This document shows, in pieces, positions 48,222 to 60,932 of a stretch of DNA of 64,000 nucleotides. The notes under the pieces were generated by a model that saw nothing but the letters and a program-made list of their open reading frames with translations, was not told the DNA's origin and did not search any database. Source of the stretch: Thermodesulfovibrionia bacterium (GTDB taxonomy: Bacteria; Nitrospirota; Thermodesulfovibrionia; UBA6902); the NCBI GenBank assembly GCA_038918635.1, contig JBCKZY010000002.1, forward strand, positions 6,591-70,590, in the 5' to 3' direction. The position numbers were made by a program, and so were the translations under genes. The first letter of the stretch is position 1; every line of letters starts with the position of its first letter.

Positions 48222-49994
48222 TCATTTTTTTTTGCTTTTTAATCCAAACTGCATATTGTAAAGCTCGCGATAACCTCCTTCACCAGCTAAAAGTTCTTCA
48301 TGCCGCCCTTCCTGTATGATTCTGCCCCTATCCATTACCAGAATGCGGTCCGCTTTTCTGACCGTTGAGAGTCTATGAGCGATTATGATAGTGGTTCTTC
48401 CGGGGATAAAGCTCTCAATAGCCTTCTGGATCTTTATTTCAGAATCAGTGTCAAGCGATGAAGTCGCCTCATCAAAAATCATGATCCTCGGGTTCTTCAG
48501 AATTGCCCTGGCAATAGTAAGCCTTTGCTTCTGTCCGCCGGAGAGCTTTGCTCCCCTCTCTCCAATCCCTGTATCATAACCTTCGTGAAGTTTTACTATA
48601 AATTCATGAGCATAAGCTCTTTTTGCTGCATCTATGACTTCTTCATCAGTTGCGTCGGGCCGTCCCAGAAGAATATTTTCCCTGATAGAACTATTGAACA
48701 GTATAACATCCTGGGTTACCAGGCCTATCTGACTTCTTAATGACTTCAGTGACAGATCCCTGATATTCATATTATCTATCAGCAAGTTACCGGAACTTGG
48801 ATACCAGAAACCCGCCACAAGATCAACCAGAGTGCTCTTTCCCGCGCCGCTGTGTCCTACCAACGCGATAAGTTCTCCCCGTCTGATTTCAAGATTCATA
48901 TCTCTTAGCGCGTAATCCCTCGTGTCTGGATACTGAAAAGATACATCTTCAAATTTAATATGTCCCTGAATATCTTTTTCCAACCCCCCTTTCTTCTCCG
49001 GCTCTATAAGCATAATATCACTTATTCTCTTAAGAACCGTGCGTGCCTGCTGAAAATTATTATGCGCCCTGCTTAGTCTTTTAAGCGGGGTATAAATCAT
49101 GAGGAGCGCGGCAACGAATGAGAAGAAAGCCCCGGGAGAAAGATTCCCGGATAATACAAGGCGTCCTCCATAGAAAATAATTATTGCTACCCCTACCCCC
49201 CCGAGTACTTCAGCTATTAAAGCTGAAAATTCTTTTATCCTTATTTCTCTCATGGTGTTCCTATAGTGATCTGAGAGTGCCATTTCATACCGTGACCTCA
49301 TTTTATCTTCCAGTGTGAAAGCCTTTATAATCTTTATTCCCTGAAGGCTTTCATGGAGCAATATGGTTACTTTTGAAATGAGCTTCCTTGTTTTTTTACT
49401 TGTCTTCTTCATCCTTACTCCTAATATGCCGATACTATAAGCTATTAATGGTATTACAACAAAAGACAACAGGGCGAGGTCCCATTTTCTCACTAGCGCC
49501 ACGATAGCAAGTACAATGACGGTGCTGCCGGAGACAAGATAATCCTTTGTTGTGTTAGCCAGTATTTGCTGTAGAATTTCAACATCATTAAGGACCTTTG
49601 ACACGACCGATCCGCTCGATGTCCTGCCATAATAAGATTGAGGGGCGGTAAGCAGTTTAGCGTATATTCCATCTCTTATTGATTTTACGATTTTGGCGCC
49701 GATTGAACTCATTAAATAATTGGCTAAATAAGTAAAAACTCCCCTCATAAGAAAGATCGACACAATCCCGATGGGCAGATAAAAAAGAAAGTTTTCATTA
49801 TTATTGATAAAGATATTATCTAACGCAGGCTTTATAAACCAGGCTATCGCCCCGTTAATACCTGAGAGCGCAAGACTTAAGAAGATAACGGCAGACAGTC
49901 TCGGCAGGTAAGGCCTTGTAATCATCCAGAATACATTTATATCATTCCGCCAATTATCTGGACCCTGTTCTTTGAAAATCTTATCTAAGTTCAT
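48222..49994 (-). CDS. msbA: ABC exporter, fused permease/ATPase, MsbA-like (lipid A / glycolipid flippase)
   Basis: 590 aa. Six TM helices. Walker A GHSGAGKST, LSGGQKQR and Walker B IMIFDEATS present. Confidence 0.8.
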   Translation of the reverse strand: MNLDKIFKEQGPDNWRNDINVFWMITRPYLPRLSAVIFLSLALSGINGAIAWFIKPALDNIFINNNENFLFYLPIGIVSIFLMRGVFTYLANYLMSSIGAKIVKSIRDGIYAKLLTAPQSYYGRTSSGSVVSKVLNDVEILQQILANTTKDYLVSGSTVIVLAIVALVRKWDLALLSFVVIPLIAYSIGILGVRMKKTSKKTRKLISKVTILLHESLQGIKIIKAFTLEDKMRSRYEMALSDHYRNTMREIRIKEFSALIAEVLGGVGVAIIIFYGGRLVLSGNLSPGAFFSFVAALLMIYTPLKRLSRAHNNFQQARTVLKRISDIMLIEPEKKGGLEKDIQGHIKFEDVSFQYPDTRDYALRDMNLEIRRGELIALVGHSGAGKSTLVDLVAGFWYPSSGNLLIDNMNIRDLSLKSLRSQIGLVTQDVILFNSSIRENILLGRPDATDEEVIDAAKRAYAHEFIVKLHEGYDTGIGERGAKLSGGQKQRLTIARAILKNPRIMIFDEATSSLDTDSEIKIQKAIESFIPGRTTIIIAHRLSTVRKADRILVMDRGRIIQEGRHEELLAGEGGYRELYNMQFGLKSKKK

Positions 49995-50269
49995 TTTATC
50001 TCATTGGAGGCAGTCTGAGAATACATATAATAATCGTTAGCGTTTGAAATTATCAGCTTATTAAATGATATCATTTAACATATTTAAATAGAAATGAAAG
50101 TATCTGTAATCAAACATAAATAAAATTGTATAGATCGATGGCTTTGTTACGTTCTCATATTTTCTAAAAGGGTTAGAGATGTTCATTATACTGATATGAT
50201 TATGATACTGTGCATATAATAATTTGGGGAATATATCATTACGGCGAACAATTTGGAGTGAATCCTGGG

Positions 50270-51142
50270 TTATAACTTTTGCTTACTTAGGTCTTTGTAA
50301 TGTTTTTTACTGATCTCCAGATTAAACGTATCTTCAATCCAGAGCTTAATCCGGTACTTTATATCGCGTTTAGATAGGCGATAGTCTGGGGTCTGCTCAA
50401 AATGATGCTCTGCTTCAGTGGCCAACCAGTGGTTCATTATGGCTGGGTGCCTTCCTTTGAAGGGTCGCAAGACAGCTGTATCTATATCGCCATAGCCATG
50501 ATAACCCGGTTTTTCTTCACCCCAATAGCGGCTTGCATGCATCACTTTTTTTCGCATCTTGGCAACATTTCTGACATGTCCGTAGTGATAGACATGTGCC
50601 CCGGTATGTATGCTTCTTGGGTAACGACCCCTCTTGTTTTTATCTATCACTACGAAAAACAGACCGTCGGGAGCAATAGAACGCACAGAGTTTCTTATTA
50701 TGCGAGGAGCCTTACGGTATCCGGAAATGCCGACCTGCTCAGGTGTTCCGCAAAAGTGATAGAAATCGAAGTGCATTGCCTCAACATCAGGATCATCTTT
50801 AAACTGCTCCATGCGCGCCCGGATGACCGGTAGCTCATCCTCATGCAACACTTCATCACCCTCGATATATAATGCCCAATCTCCCATGCAATTAAAAAGG
50901 CCCACCATTTTCTGTTGGCCATACACATATCCCCGGTCCTGCATCGTCTCGTTCCACTGCGTTTGAATAATCCTGATTTTGGGGTCATCAATTGCTCGTA
51001 TATGCGCTTCTGTATCATCCTGAGAGTCGCCAAGGGCTACAATAAACTCATCGACCAGGGGAAGCGCTGATTTAATGCTTTCGATAAAGGGAAAACCAAG
51101 CTGACTGCCGTTCCGAATAAAGGTGAATCCACTAACCTTCAT
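50270..51142 (-). CDS. hypothetical protein, possible GT-A-fold glycosyltransferase
   Basis: 290 aa. N-terminus VSGFTFIRNG...VDEFIVALGDSQDDT parallels the GT2 nucleotide-binding region. EGDE candidate DxD. Confidence 0.4.
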   Translation of the reverse strand: MKVSGFTFIRNGSQLGFPFIESIKSALPLVDEFIVALGDSQDDTEAHIRAIDDPKIRIIQTQWNETMQDRGYVYGQQKMVGLFNCMGDWALYIEGDEVLHEDELPVIRARMEQFKDDPDVEAMHFDFYHFCGTPEQVGISGYRKAPRIIRNSVRSIAPDGLFFVVIDKNKRGRYPRSIHTGAHVYHYGHVRNVAKMRKKVMHASRYWGEEKPGYHGYGDIDTAVLRPFKGRHPAIMNHWLATEAEHHFEQTPDYRLSKRDIKYRIKLWIEDTFNLEISKKHYKDLSKQKL

Positions 51143-51715
51143 GTTATTATGTGTCCCGGCATTAAACTTTCAGAGTTTATGGTTCGATCAGAGGCTAACA
51201 CGGTTTGGAACCTTTCATCATTATGTGCCATTGAGTGCTGTTTTCGTTTCCATGATGAAGATGCAAAACTTTGGTCGCAAACCGACCCGAGCGGTTACGC
51301 ATTCCTGCATATAACGCCAGAATCACCAGATTACTATCTTCCCGGCTACCGCCAACAAATGCTTCTTCAAAGTTGACAATTTATAGTAAGTCTTGCGCAC
51401 CATGCCCGAAATTACAGGTATGTGACACCGTATATTTTCGGAGCGCCCTATCTCGCAAAAAAACAAGCGATAGAATAATTGATAAGAAATTACTATTTAA
51501 GATGCTTTAATTTTAACAGAAAAACCATCTGGATATGCAAATTATTTTTTGTATTTTCGACTCTCCTGATGATTCCGGGAACATGCAAAACGAAAAATGT
51601 TCCACAGGCAAGCCTGACTATTTGCAGTGAATTCCAAAACATCCTCCTACTCCTTTTGAAAACACAAGTCACGCTCCTGATCATGCATTATATGACGGGG
51701 TTCTTCGTTCATCAA

Positions 51716-51850
51716 ACCGGCCGGCCGGCCGGCTTCGCCCCGAGGCGTGCGAGCGAACGAGCAGGGAGGCTTGACAGGGGAATCAAGCATTTTGGTTCTG
51801 TGTTCTTCAGGCAAGTCGGAGTTTAATCGTTTCGAGCGAAGTCGAAGCGA
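51716..51850. repeat. REP-like core variant followed by hairpin-family block, inside an 830-bp divergent intergenic region
   Basis: ccggccggcttcgccccgaggcgtgcgagcgaacgagcagg, then ...cgtttcgagcgaagtcgaagcgac. Confidence 0.5.
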
Positions 51851-51976
51851 CCCTTATCAGAGAACCCCATCAGGAGTTGGACCAGCTTAAGATCTGTGGG
51901 AATTATATAATAGGATATTATTATGTTGTTCCCAATAGTAGATTGTTAAATGATATAATTTAACTTATTAAAAGAA

Positions 51977-52774
51977 ATGAAAATCTCTGTAGTTATAACA
52001 ACTTATAATAGACCATCCTATCTCAAAAAGAGTTTGGATGGATTTCTCAAGCAAAGTCACCCGCCGGATGAAATTATCATTGCAGATGATGGTTCCTCAG
52101 AAGAAACAGTCTCTTTGATAGAATCCTTTAGAAAAGATGAAACAAAGATAAATATGCTGCACATATGGCAGGAAGATAGGGGTTTTAGATTATCACAGAT
52201 AAGAAACAGGGCAATCTCTCGTGCTTCGGGAACATATTTAATAATATGTGATGATGATATAATTCCTGATATCAGGTTTGTTGAAGACCATTTGAGGTAC
52301 GCTGAAAATGGCTGTTTTATTCAGGGTCACAGGGTTTTGCTTAATGATAAGGTTTCGGAACAATTTGGTTTTAAAGATATCTCTCTGCTACGGTTGTTTA
52401 GGCTCCTACTCAATAGACAGGCCAGCAATATTCTAAACGCCTTCCGATCTCCCGTGCCTTTTATAAGGATATCTCGGAAATTGAAAGGCATCAGGAGCTG
52501 CAACATGAGTTTTTTCAGAAAAGATTTCATCACAGTCAACGGGTTTAACGAGGACTTTGAAGGGTGGGGCAAAGAAGACTCGGAACTGGTTGTTAGGTTT
52601 TATCAGGTTGGTTTGAGGCGAAAGGATATCAAGTTCCGGGCTTACTGCATTCATCTATACCATACAGAATATTCAAGGGAGAATCTTGGGGAGAATATCG
52701 CCCTTTTAGATAGAGCAATAAGCCGCAATGAGTTTTTCTGTAAGAATGGCATTGATAAATACCTTCAACGGTGA
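51977..52774 (+). CDS. glycosyltransferase family 2
   Basis: KISVVITTYNRPSYL, IIIADDGSSEET and CDDD present. Confidence 0.8.
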   Translation: MKISVVITTYNRPSYLKKSLDGFLKQSHPPDEIIIADDGSSEETVSLIESFRKDETKINMLHIWQEDRGFRLSQIRNRAISRASGTYLIICDDDIIPDIRFVEDHLRYAENGCFIQGHRVLLNDKVSEQFGFKDISLLRLFRLLLNRQASNILNAFRSPVPFIRISRKLKGIRSCNMSFFRKDFITVNGFNEDFEGWGKEDSELVVRFYQVGLRRKDIKFRAYCIHLYHTEYSRENLGENIALLDRAISRNEFFCKNGIDKYLQR

Positions 52775-52855
52775 TTAAATTAATTGAGATTCATATATAA
52801 GCCGTTTATTTACCGACAGGCAGAGTAATAGAAGTTACATATTTCAAATACTTCA

Positions 52856-53914
52856 TTATTTGGACAGGCTGGCATAAATGCTTACATATTCATCTGCAAA
52901 TTCTCCCCAGGTGTGATGGTAGCCAGGTGGTCTGATTTGAGAATCAAGCAGTTTTCCAACTGCTTCTGCCCAGACAGAAACAGTCTCATTCAGGTTAAGA
53001 ACATTCCCGTGTTCCTTCATGATATCGGCAGACGCTCCGCAGGCGGTTGAGACCACCACCGGAACACAGGCAGCCATGGCTTCAATTATAACCAGACCAT
53101 AGGCCTCCATACGGGCAGGGTGCAGCAACAGGTCCAGTTGAGAGTACAGGTCTTGCGTGTTAACATGACCAAGAAGGCGATAACCCCCTTTCCACGATGA
53201 AAATAAATGTTTTACTTCTGCCGGCTCCGGACCTGCCACCCAGAGTTCAAGATCTGGGCGAGACTTGCGAAGTTCATGGACAATGGCAACTGCGGTGTCC
53301 AGTCCCTTTCTCTGCCACTCCCTTCCTACAAAACCAATGATACCCCCTGAAGAGGAGACGGTTCCATGCGGACGTTTGGTAACTGAAGTTATCCCGGGTA
53401 TCACAGGAGAAGTGAGACGGTTTTGCACACAGGGATAGTGATCCATCAGGAGTCTTGCGATATATGATGAGCACGGCACGACCTTCCGGACCTGAGTTCC
53501 GCATAGCTCTCTCTTTTCCAGCCAAAAATTCATATATGCTCTCAAAGAAGAGCGCTTCCACCACGGGGCCGATCTCACTAAAGCAAAAGGCTGACTGTGA
53601 AATGTCGTGATACAATGCACACTTATACGTTCATGGCTATGTATAATCCATCCCGGATGTGGATGTACTTTCAGCCATTGAAATACACGCCTTGAAAAAC
53701 GGAGGTATGCTAGCCATCGCGGTTTTGGAATGAGCACGCCAAGACAGTGCAATTGAATCCCCGGAGGAGCCTGCTCTTCGCATAGCACTTCGCATACCAC
53801 TTTTATTGAATGGCCTTTACGGGTCAGTTCACGCGTGAGTTCCCAGACTGTGCGCTCCATCCCGCCTACTGGACCGTATCTGCGCACTATATGCAAAACC
53901 CGTAGAGGTGTCAT
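52856..53914 (-). CDS. glycosyltransferase family 4
   Basis: YGLVIIEAMAACVPVVVS present. Confidence 0.8.
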   Translation of the reverse strand: MTPLRVLHIVRRYGPVGGMERTVWELTRELTRKGHSIKVVCEVLCEEQAPPGIQLHCLGVLIPKPRWLAYLRFSRRVFQWLKVHPHPGWIIHSHERISVHCITTFHSQPFALVRSAPWWKRSSLRAYMNFWLEKRELCGTQVRKVVPCSSYIARLLMDHYPCVQNRLTSPVIPGITSVTKRPHGTVSSSGGIIGFVGREWQRKGLDTAVAIVHELRKSRPDLELWVAGPEPAEVKHLFSSWKGGYRLLGHVNTQDLYSQLDLLLHPARMEAYGLVIIEAMAACVPVVVSTACGASADIMKEHGNVLNLNETVSVWAEAVGKLLDSQIRPPGYHHTWGEFADEYVSIYASLSK

Positions 53915-53972
53915 GATTTATCCTGCTGTCTGCTCCAGATGTAAACCGAAATAATGACATCATAGAAACCGC

Positions 53973-55139
53973 TTAATCATCCATTCTTATTCCGACCAGG
54001 AGCGCGAACATATTTCCGGTTGTGAGGGATATAATCTGTGTGTCTGTCATGCTTCCGATTAAGAATACCGCACCAAACGATATGATAGAAAAACCCCCAA
54101 TGGTTGTACGCGCCTTCCAGCCTTTTTTAAAAAAGACTGCTAACAGCCAGATAAAAATGATAAGCCCTATAATACCAAAACTTACCGCCATATATAGAAA
54201 CGAATTATGAGGATGAATAATATCGGGAAGGGACGGGTCGTCTCTGTACATCGCCAATTCCCTTTGATATCCCCCTGTTCCCGCTCCCAGGACAGGGTTT
54301 TCCAAAAATATTTTATATGCTCCCTCCCACATATATAACCTTCTCCCGACTGAGGTATTCTTGTTCCCATTATAAAATGCTTTTATCTCTTCCCCTGCCA
54401 GTTTTGTCCTGTCCTGAACAGTCGGAGATAATGAAAGTATAACTAATACGGCACATACAGCCGCCGCAAAAATAATAATCTGTTTTCTACCAAATATGTT
54501 ATAAAATATCCACGGAGAGAGTAACACAAATGCAAAATACCCGATTCTTCCTATATTTATGGAAAGACTGAAGACAAATACCGCTATCAGAATCATAGCA
54601 CTAACCCTATGTTTTTTAAGCTTTGCATCTCTGTAATAAAACGAAATAAGCAGTATCCCGTAAACCAGCAGAAGAGAATAACTTATGTGCCCCATTAATC
54701 CTGCTGGATACCCCTTTGGCATAGGGATAAACCCTATGAACTGTAATAAAGAAATAAATACAGTGAGAGAAAGCCCTGCCAGAAACGCCTTAATAATCAT
54801 TTTATGAGAATACACATGATATAGAGAAAATATTGCAAAGGCATAAAGCCAGTAATAACTCTTTTTGGCAAATTTAAATCCAGTATAAATATCGTCGGTC
54901 CAGAGAAGACCAATCCATGGCAACAGGATTAACAAAATAACAGGTTTAAACCAGACCTGTTTAGGCCACTCATGTCTATCTCTCATAAATTTCCCCGAGA
55001 ATATCCAGATACATAAAGATATCATTCCTGATATTACTACCGGAGATGTTGCAACAGGCAGGAAGAAGAACATGGCGCAGAAACTCCAGAGAAGCAGTCT
55101 ATCATTCAGTTCAGATTTATTTATACTTTCCAAATCCAT
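53973..55139 (-). CDS. O-antigen ligase / Wzy_C-family polytopic membrane protein
   Basis: 388 aa. About 10-11 TM helices with a periplasmic loop (Wzy_C-like). Confidence 0.65.
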   Translation of the reverse strand: MDLESINKSELNDRLLLWSFCAMFFFLPVATSPVVISGMISLCIWIFSGKFMRDRHEWPKQVWFKPVILLILLPWIGLLWTDDIYTGFKFAKKSYYWLYAFAIFSLYHVYSHKMIIKAFLAGLSLTVFISLLQFIGFIPMPKGYPAGLMGHISYSLLLVYGILLISFYYRDAKLKKHRVSAMILIAVFVFSLSINIGRIGYFAFVLLSPWIFYNIFGRKQIIIFAAAVCAVLVILSLSPTVQDRTKLAGEEIKAFYNGNKNTSVGRRLYMWEGAYKIFLENPVLGAGTGGYQRELAMYRDDPSLPDIIHPHNSFLYMAVSFGIIGLIIFIWLLAVFFKKGWKARTTIGGFSIISFGAVFLIGSMTDTQIISLTTGNMFALLVGIRMDD

Positions 55140-55167
55140 AATTAGTAACCCATATCATTCAAAACAT

Positions 55168-55935
55168 TCAGCTCTTATTTTTTTGCAGTTCAAGTAATTT
55201 TGCATATTTAAAAAAAGAGCCTCCCGCCTTGGTGATGGCTATTACAAAACCGTCAAATCCGTCAAGAAAACCTCTTTTTAGTATGTATATTTTAAGAAAC
55301 ATGGAAAGACCATGATAGACCGGATCGAACGCTTTTATTTTTCTTCCTTTTTTTAACAGCTCTTTTGAAACGGCATTAGTATATTTGTCAAGCGTTATTA
55401 ACATATCAGAATAATTGGAAAAACTAAAATGATGAATAGGACATTTTATCGAATTGCTAAGTTTGCTATTTGTTATCCATTTGCCATGAGTTCCGGGTTG
55501 AAACCGACCTGTATCTTTTCTCATAAGCCGTATAACCCTGTCAGGCCACCAGTCAGAGTGTTTTACCCATTGTCCGTGAAAATAATTTTTTCTGGGAAAA
55601 CTATAGGCATCGTGAGAAGGGTTTTCCAGTACTGCCAGGATGGCTTCCCTGGTCTCTGGTGGGATTCTCTCATCTGCATCAATTACAAGGCACCATTTAT
55701 ACTTGCATTTTTCAAGCGCACTGTTATACTGAAGTCCATTGCCTTTCCAGCTTTCAACAAATACCCGACATCCAGAACTCCTGGCAATTTCTACAGTACG
55801 ATCAGTACTGCCGGAGTCAACAACCACTATATCGTCAGCAAAAGCAACACCTTCCAGACAGTCTCGCAGATTACCTTCTTCATTCTTGGTAATAATGGCA
55901 ACCGAGAGCTGGCACTTCTTATTCGTTGTGTTCAT
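55168..55935 (-). CDS. glycosyltransferase family 2 (LPS-core WaaE/KdtX-like)
   Basis: LSVAIITKNEEGNL and VVVDSGSTDRT present. Confidence 0.8.
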   Translation of the reverse strand: MNTTNKKCQLSVAIITKNEEGNLRDCLEGVAFADDIVVVDSGSTDRTVEIARSSGCRVFVESWKGNGLQYNSALEKCKYKWCLVIDADERIPPETREAILAVLENPSHDAYSFPRKNYFHGQWVKHSDWWPDRVIRLMRKDTGRFQPGTHGKWITNSKLSNSIKCPIHHFSFSNYSDMLITLDKYTNAVSKELLKKGRKIKAFDPVYHGLSMFLKIYILKRGFLDGFDGFVIAITKAGGSFFKYAKLLELQKNKS

Positions 55936-56142
55936 CTATTTATGTCCAATACTTCCCCGGGATTCATCTCCAGCTTAATCTCTATCTTGTTATTTTGAAC
56001 CAATTTACAAGCTGAAAACACCATATGTAATTGTTTTTATCATTTTTATTACTGTATTATAACAGAATCAACCAACCATCAACTTAAACAATATATAACC
56101 TGCTGAATAATTATTAAGAACCCGGGTATATTAAAGACAATA

Positions 56143-57447
56143 ATGTTAAAAGATTTATTAAATGGCAACAAATCAATAGCCGTTGCTGGCCTCGGTTATG
56201 TGGGCCTGCCCCTTGCTGTAGAACTTTCGAGATTCTTTAAGGTAACTGGTTTTGATGTTAAGAGTAAGCGAGTTGATGAACTCTCCAGGGGAATCGACAG
56301 GTCCGGCGAGGTCAGCGGTAAAAGGCTCAGGTCATCCAAAGTCTTCTTTACCAATGACCCGGGTCAGATTAATAACGCCTCAATAATTATTATCGCCGTT
56401 CCAACTCCTATTGATGAGCATAAGATACCCGACCTTTCACCTCTCAGAAAAGCAACTGAAATCGTCGGTAAGCACCTCCAGAAAGGCGCAGTTGTCGTGT
56501 ACGAATCTACGGTTTACCCCGGTGTCACAGAGGATATCTGCGTTCCGATTATCGAAGAATTTTCAGGATTGAAATGCGGAAAGGGCTTTAAGGTCGGTTA
56601 TTCTCCTGAGAGAGTTAACCCTGGTGACAGTGCTCACAGCCTTTCAGATATTGTAAAAGTTGTATCAGCCCAGGACAGAAAGACCTCCAATCTTTTAGCC
56701 GCTATTTACGGTTACGTGGTAAAGGCCGGTATACACATGGCCCCTGATATTAAGACAGCAGAGGCCGCAAAGGTTATAGAAAATATTCAGCGAGACCTTA
56801 ACATTGCGCTGGTGAATGAACTCTCCATTATTTTTAACAGGATGGGGCTTGATACAAAGGCAGTGCTTGATGCGGCGGGGACAAAGTGGAACTTCCTTCC
56901 TTTTCAGCCCGGCCTTGTCGGCGGGCACTGTATCGGCGTTGATCCCTATTACCTGACCTTTAAAGCACAGTCAATAGGTTATCATCCCGAGGTCATATTA
57001 TCCGGAAGAAGGATAAATGACAACATGGGCGATTATATCGCCGATAATACGGTAAAGCAGCTTATTATCTCCGGGAAGCCGGTGAAGAACAGCAAGGTCC
57101 TTATGCTAGGCCTGACCTTTAAGGAGAATGTAAGTGACATCAGAAACACAAGGGTAGTAGATATCTATTATAAATTAAAGGAATACGGTATTAATATATC
57201 ACTTCACGATCCTCTTGCGGACCACAGAGAAGTAATGAAAGAGTACAACCTCTCTCTTATCAGAAAGCCGGAAGATAAAAAGCCCTACGATGCCATCATA
57301 CTCAGTGTAAGACATACCGCATATCATAAGTATTCGCTGAATTACCTGAAGAAACTCTGCAACAAAAACCCCGTTCTTGTAGACGTAAAGGCATTATTCG
57401 ACAGGTCACTGGCCGAAAAGGCAGGTTTTCTTTACTGGAGGCTATAG
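56143..57447 (+). CDS. nucleotide-sugar dehydrogenase (UDP-GlcNAc/UDP-ManNAc 6-dehydrogenase, TviB/WbpA/WecC-like)
   Basis: 434 aa. N-terminal IAVAGLGYVGLPLA Rossmann fold. Catalytic Cys region GGHCIGVDPYY. Confidence 0.85.
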   Translation: MLKDLLNGNKSIAVAGLGYVGLPLAVELSRFFKVTGFDVKSKRVDELSRGIDRSGEVSGKRLRSSKVFFTNDPGQINNASIIIIAVPTPIDEHKIPDLSPLRKATEIVGKHLQKGAVVVYESTVYPGVTEDICVPIIEEFSGLKCGKGFKVGYSPERVNPGDSAHSLSDIVKVVSAQDRKTSNLLAAIYGYVVKAGIHMAPDIKTAEAAKVIENIQRDLNIALVNELSIIFNRMGLDTKAVLDAAGTKWNFLPFQPGLVGGHCIGVDPYYLTFKAQSIGYHPEVILSGRRINDNMGDYIADNTVKQLIISGKPVKNSKVLMLGLTFKENVSDIRNTRVVDIYYKLKEYGINISLHDPLADHREVMKEYNLSLIRKPEDKKPYDAIILSVRHTAYHKYSLNYLKKLCNKNPVLVDVKALFDRSLAEKAGFLYWRL

Positions 57448-57452
57448 CTATA

Positions 57453-58451
57453 GTGAAAAAACTTAAAACAAAAGAATTTAAGATGAAAAATATCCTTGTT
57501 ACCGGTTGTGCCGGTTTCATAGGCTGGAATGTATCCAAACAACTGCTGGACACGAAAAAGAGGGTTATCGGCATTGACAACATAAACGACTACTATGACC
57601 CTGCGCTCAAGAGATGGAGGCTCAGCTCTTTAAAAAAATACCCCGGCTTCTCTTTTTATAAAAATGACATAGGCAACTACAAAAGCCTTAAAAAGGTTTT
57701 TCAGGAAAATAAGATTGACGCTGTTATCAACCTTGCCGCAAGGGCCGGGGTCAGGGCATCGGTAGAAGACCCCTGGGTTTATCTAGATACCAATACAAAA
57801 GGTACATTAAACCTCCTGGAGTGCTGTAAGGATCATAAGGTCAGGAAATTTATACTGGCATCAACATCAAGCCTGTACGCTTCATTGGATATGCCTTTTA
57901 AGGAATCTTCAAGAACAGACACACCTTTAGCCCCTTACTCCGCAACTAAGAAGGGGGCAGAAGCATTATGTTACGCGTACCACTACTTATGCGGATTGGA
58001 TATATCCGTATTGAGATATTTCACGGTTTACGGACCCGCCGGAAGACCCGATATGAGCATATTTAAATTCTTAAAAAATATGGACGCCGGAAAAGCCATT
58101 CCTGTGTTTGGAGACGGCAATCAGACAAGGGATTTCACGTACATAGATGATATCGCTGATGGAACCATCAAGGCCCTCACTCCGGTTGGTTTTGAGATAT
58201 TCAATCTGGGAGGCGACCACCCGGTAAAGCTGAATTACGTAATAAAGCTCCTGGAAAAGAACCTGGGGGAAAAGGCAAAGATAAAAAGGCTGAAGAGACA
58301 CCCTGCTGATGTTAGCGACACATGGGCGGATATAGATAAGGCTCGCAAGGTCCTTGACTGGAAGCCGAAGACATCCCTTGAAGACGGTATTGAGAAGACC
58401 GTCAAATGGTTCTTTGAGAACAAGAAGATGCTTGACAAGTTAAAGTGGTAA
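57453..58451 (+). CDS. NAD-dependent nucleotide-sugar epimerase/dehydratase (TviC/WbpP/UDP-uronate 4-epimerase-like)
   Basis: ILVTGCAGFIGWNV present. YSATKKGAE (YxxxK). GTG start 10 nt after GGAGG. Forms a pair with the upstream dehydrogenase. Confidence 0.8.
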   Translation: MKKLKTKEFKMKNILVTGCAGFIGWNVSKQLLDTKKRVIGIDNINDYYDPALKRWRLSSLKKYPGFSFYKNDIGNYKSLKKVFQENKIDAVINLAARAGVRASVEDPWVYLDTNTKGTLNLLECCKDHKVRKFILASTSSLYASLDMPFKESSRTDTPLAPYSATKKGAEALCYAYHYLCGLDISVLRYFTVYGPAGRPDMSIFKFLKNMDAGKAIPVFGDGNQTRDFTYIDDIADGTIKALTPVGFEIFNLGGDHPVKLNYVIKLLEKNLGEKAKIKRLKRHPADVSDTWADIDKARKVLDWKPKTSLEDGIEKTVKWFFENKKMLDKLKW

Positions 58452-58689
58452 TTTTTATAAACATAATTATTCTATTAACAACTTAATTAAAACTGGTGTT
58501 TCACCTCTCTACTCTACAGTTTATAGACGAGTCTTATACAAACCCAGAATAATTCTTCGTTCATTTTTGCGTGCCCAAAAACGAACCAAAAAGGGCACCC
58601 CGAGTTTTTAAAATTCCTTTCAAGAATTTCAATGAAAGGAAAAAAGAATTTATTAAGATTCGCTCACTAATAGCTCGCTGTTCATTGGC

Positions 58690-58870
58690 ACTTCGATCTT
58701 CTGCTCTCCTGTGAGGCCTGTCCCGATTTATCGGGGGAAGTTCAAAAAACTCTCTTCGTTCAAACTCGCCTCGGCGAAGCGGGCAGTTTTGCCTGTCCCG
58801 CCTGTCCCGATTCTTCGGGGACGATATCGGGGAACTTTTAACCCGGTCAGTTCACTTGAAGACCGGAAAC
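58690..58870. repeat. cluster of three cctgtcccgat..tcgggg hairpin units plus a REP-like core (ctcgcctcggcgaagcgggc)
   Basis: Units at about 58729, 58788 and 58799. Core at 58765-58784. Confidence 0.5.
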
Positions 58871-58974
58871 AAACAATGGGGTTTTTGGAAAATGATACTA
58901 AAAGTAATTACATTTATTGTAAATACTTTTAGTGATCAGAGCATGTAACTCTTTGTGCCTGTATGCCTAATTTA

Positions 58975-60249
<1,275 letters not shown>

Positions 60250-60294
60250 TTAAAGATTTAAAATCAAAAATTCCGCCTTTACTGAACCTCGTCG

Positions 60295-60420
60295 AGACCC
60301 GTTGCTTCGCCCCGAGGCGAGCGAGCGGGCAAAATTTCGGAAGTTATTTCCCAACTGTTTCGCTTTACGAGGCAATGCGAAGGGAGTGTCCACTTGAACC
60401 CTCGAATCCCTGACCCCTTT
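60295..60420. repeat. REP-like core variant plus YTTGAACCC-type tail
   Basis: gtcgagacccgttgcttcgccccgaggcgagcgagcgggc, then ccacttgaaccctcgaatccctgacccc. Confidence 0.6.
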
Positions 60421-60423
60421 TCT

Positions 60424-60867
60424 TTAATTATGCCCTGTCCATATCCCCGCGGCAACAGCAAAGAAACTCAATACCAGTACAATCCAGTGAAAGACCTGAA
60501 GCCTGAAGAAGACCTGTTTTGTATCCAGCGCTTGACCCGCGGGTTTTGAAAAAAGTTTTTTAAAGAGCGGCTTCTCAAGGAAGAAGAGGAGGGACGCGTA
60601 GACTGCCCAGACAATTATCATTATCCATACACCGACACTCAAACCGTTCTTATGGACCAGATAGGAACCGGAAAGTCCCGCGATTATGACCATCGCCTTG
60701 GCGATCTTTCCGAACCTGTGCTCCACCCCCTGAAACATCATCACCTGTTCAAGCGAGTTTTCAGTCCTCTGAATCATTGGGAATATAATCATTGTTACGA
60801 ACGCCACTCCTCCTATCCATATTACAATTGAGAGCACATGGGCAGTTAATGCTGTGATGTATAACAT
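60424..60867 (-). CDS. small integral membrane protein (4 TM), unknown function
   Basis: 147 aa. Four hydrophobic helices. Confidence 0.5.
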   Translation of the reverse strand: MLYITALTAHVLSIVIWIGGVAFVTMIIFPMIQRTENSLEQVMMFQGVEHRFGKIAKAMVIIAGLSGSYLVHKNGLSVGVWIMIIVWAVYASLLFFLEKPLFKKLFSKPAGQALDTKQVFFRLQVFHWIVLVLSFFAVAAGIWTGHN

Positions 60868-60932
60868 GGTTCCTCCACCAAATATGTCAATTCCCGATGC
60901 ACCGGAACAAGTCGGCTAACCTGTTTCTTTTT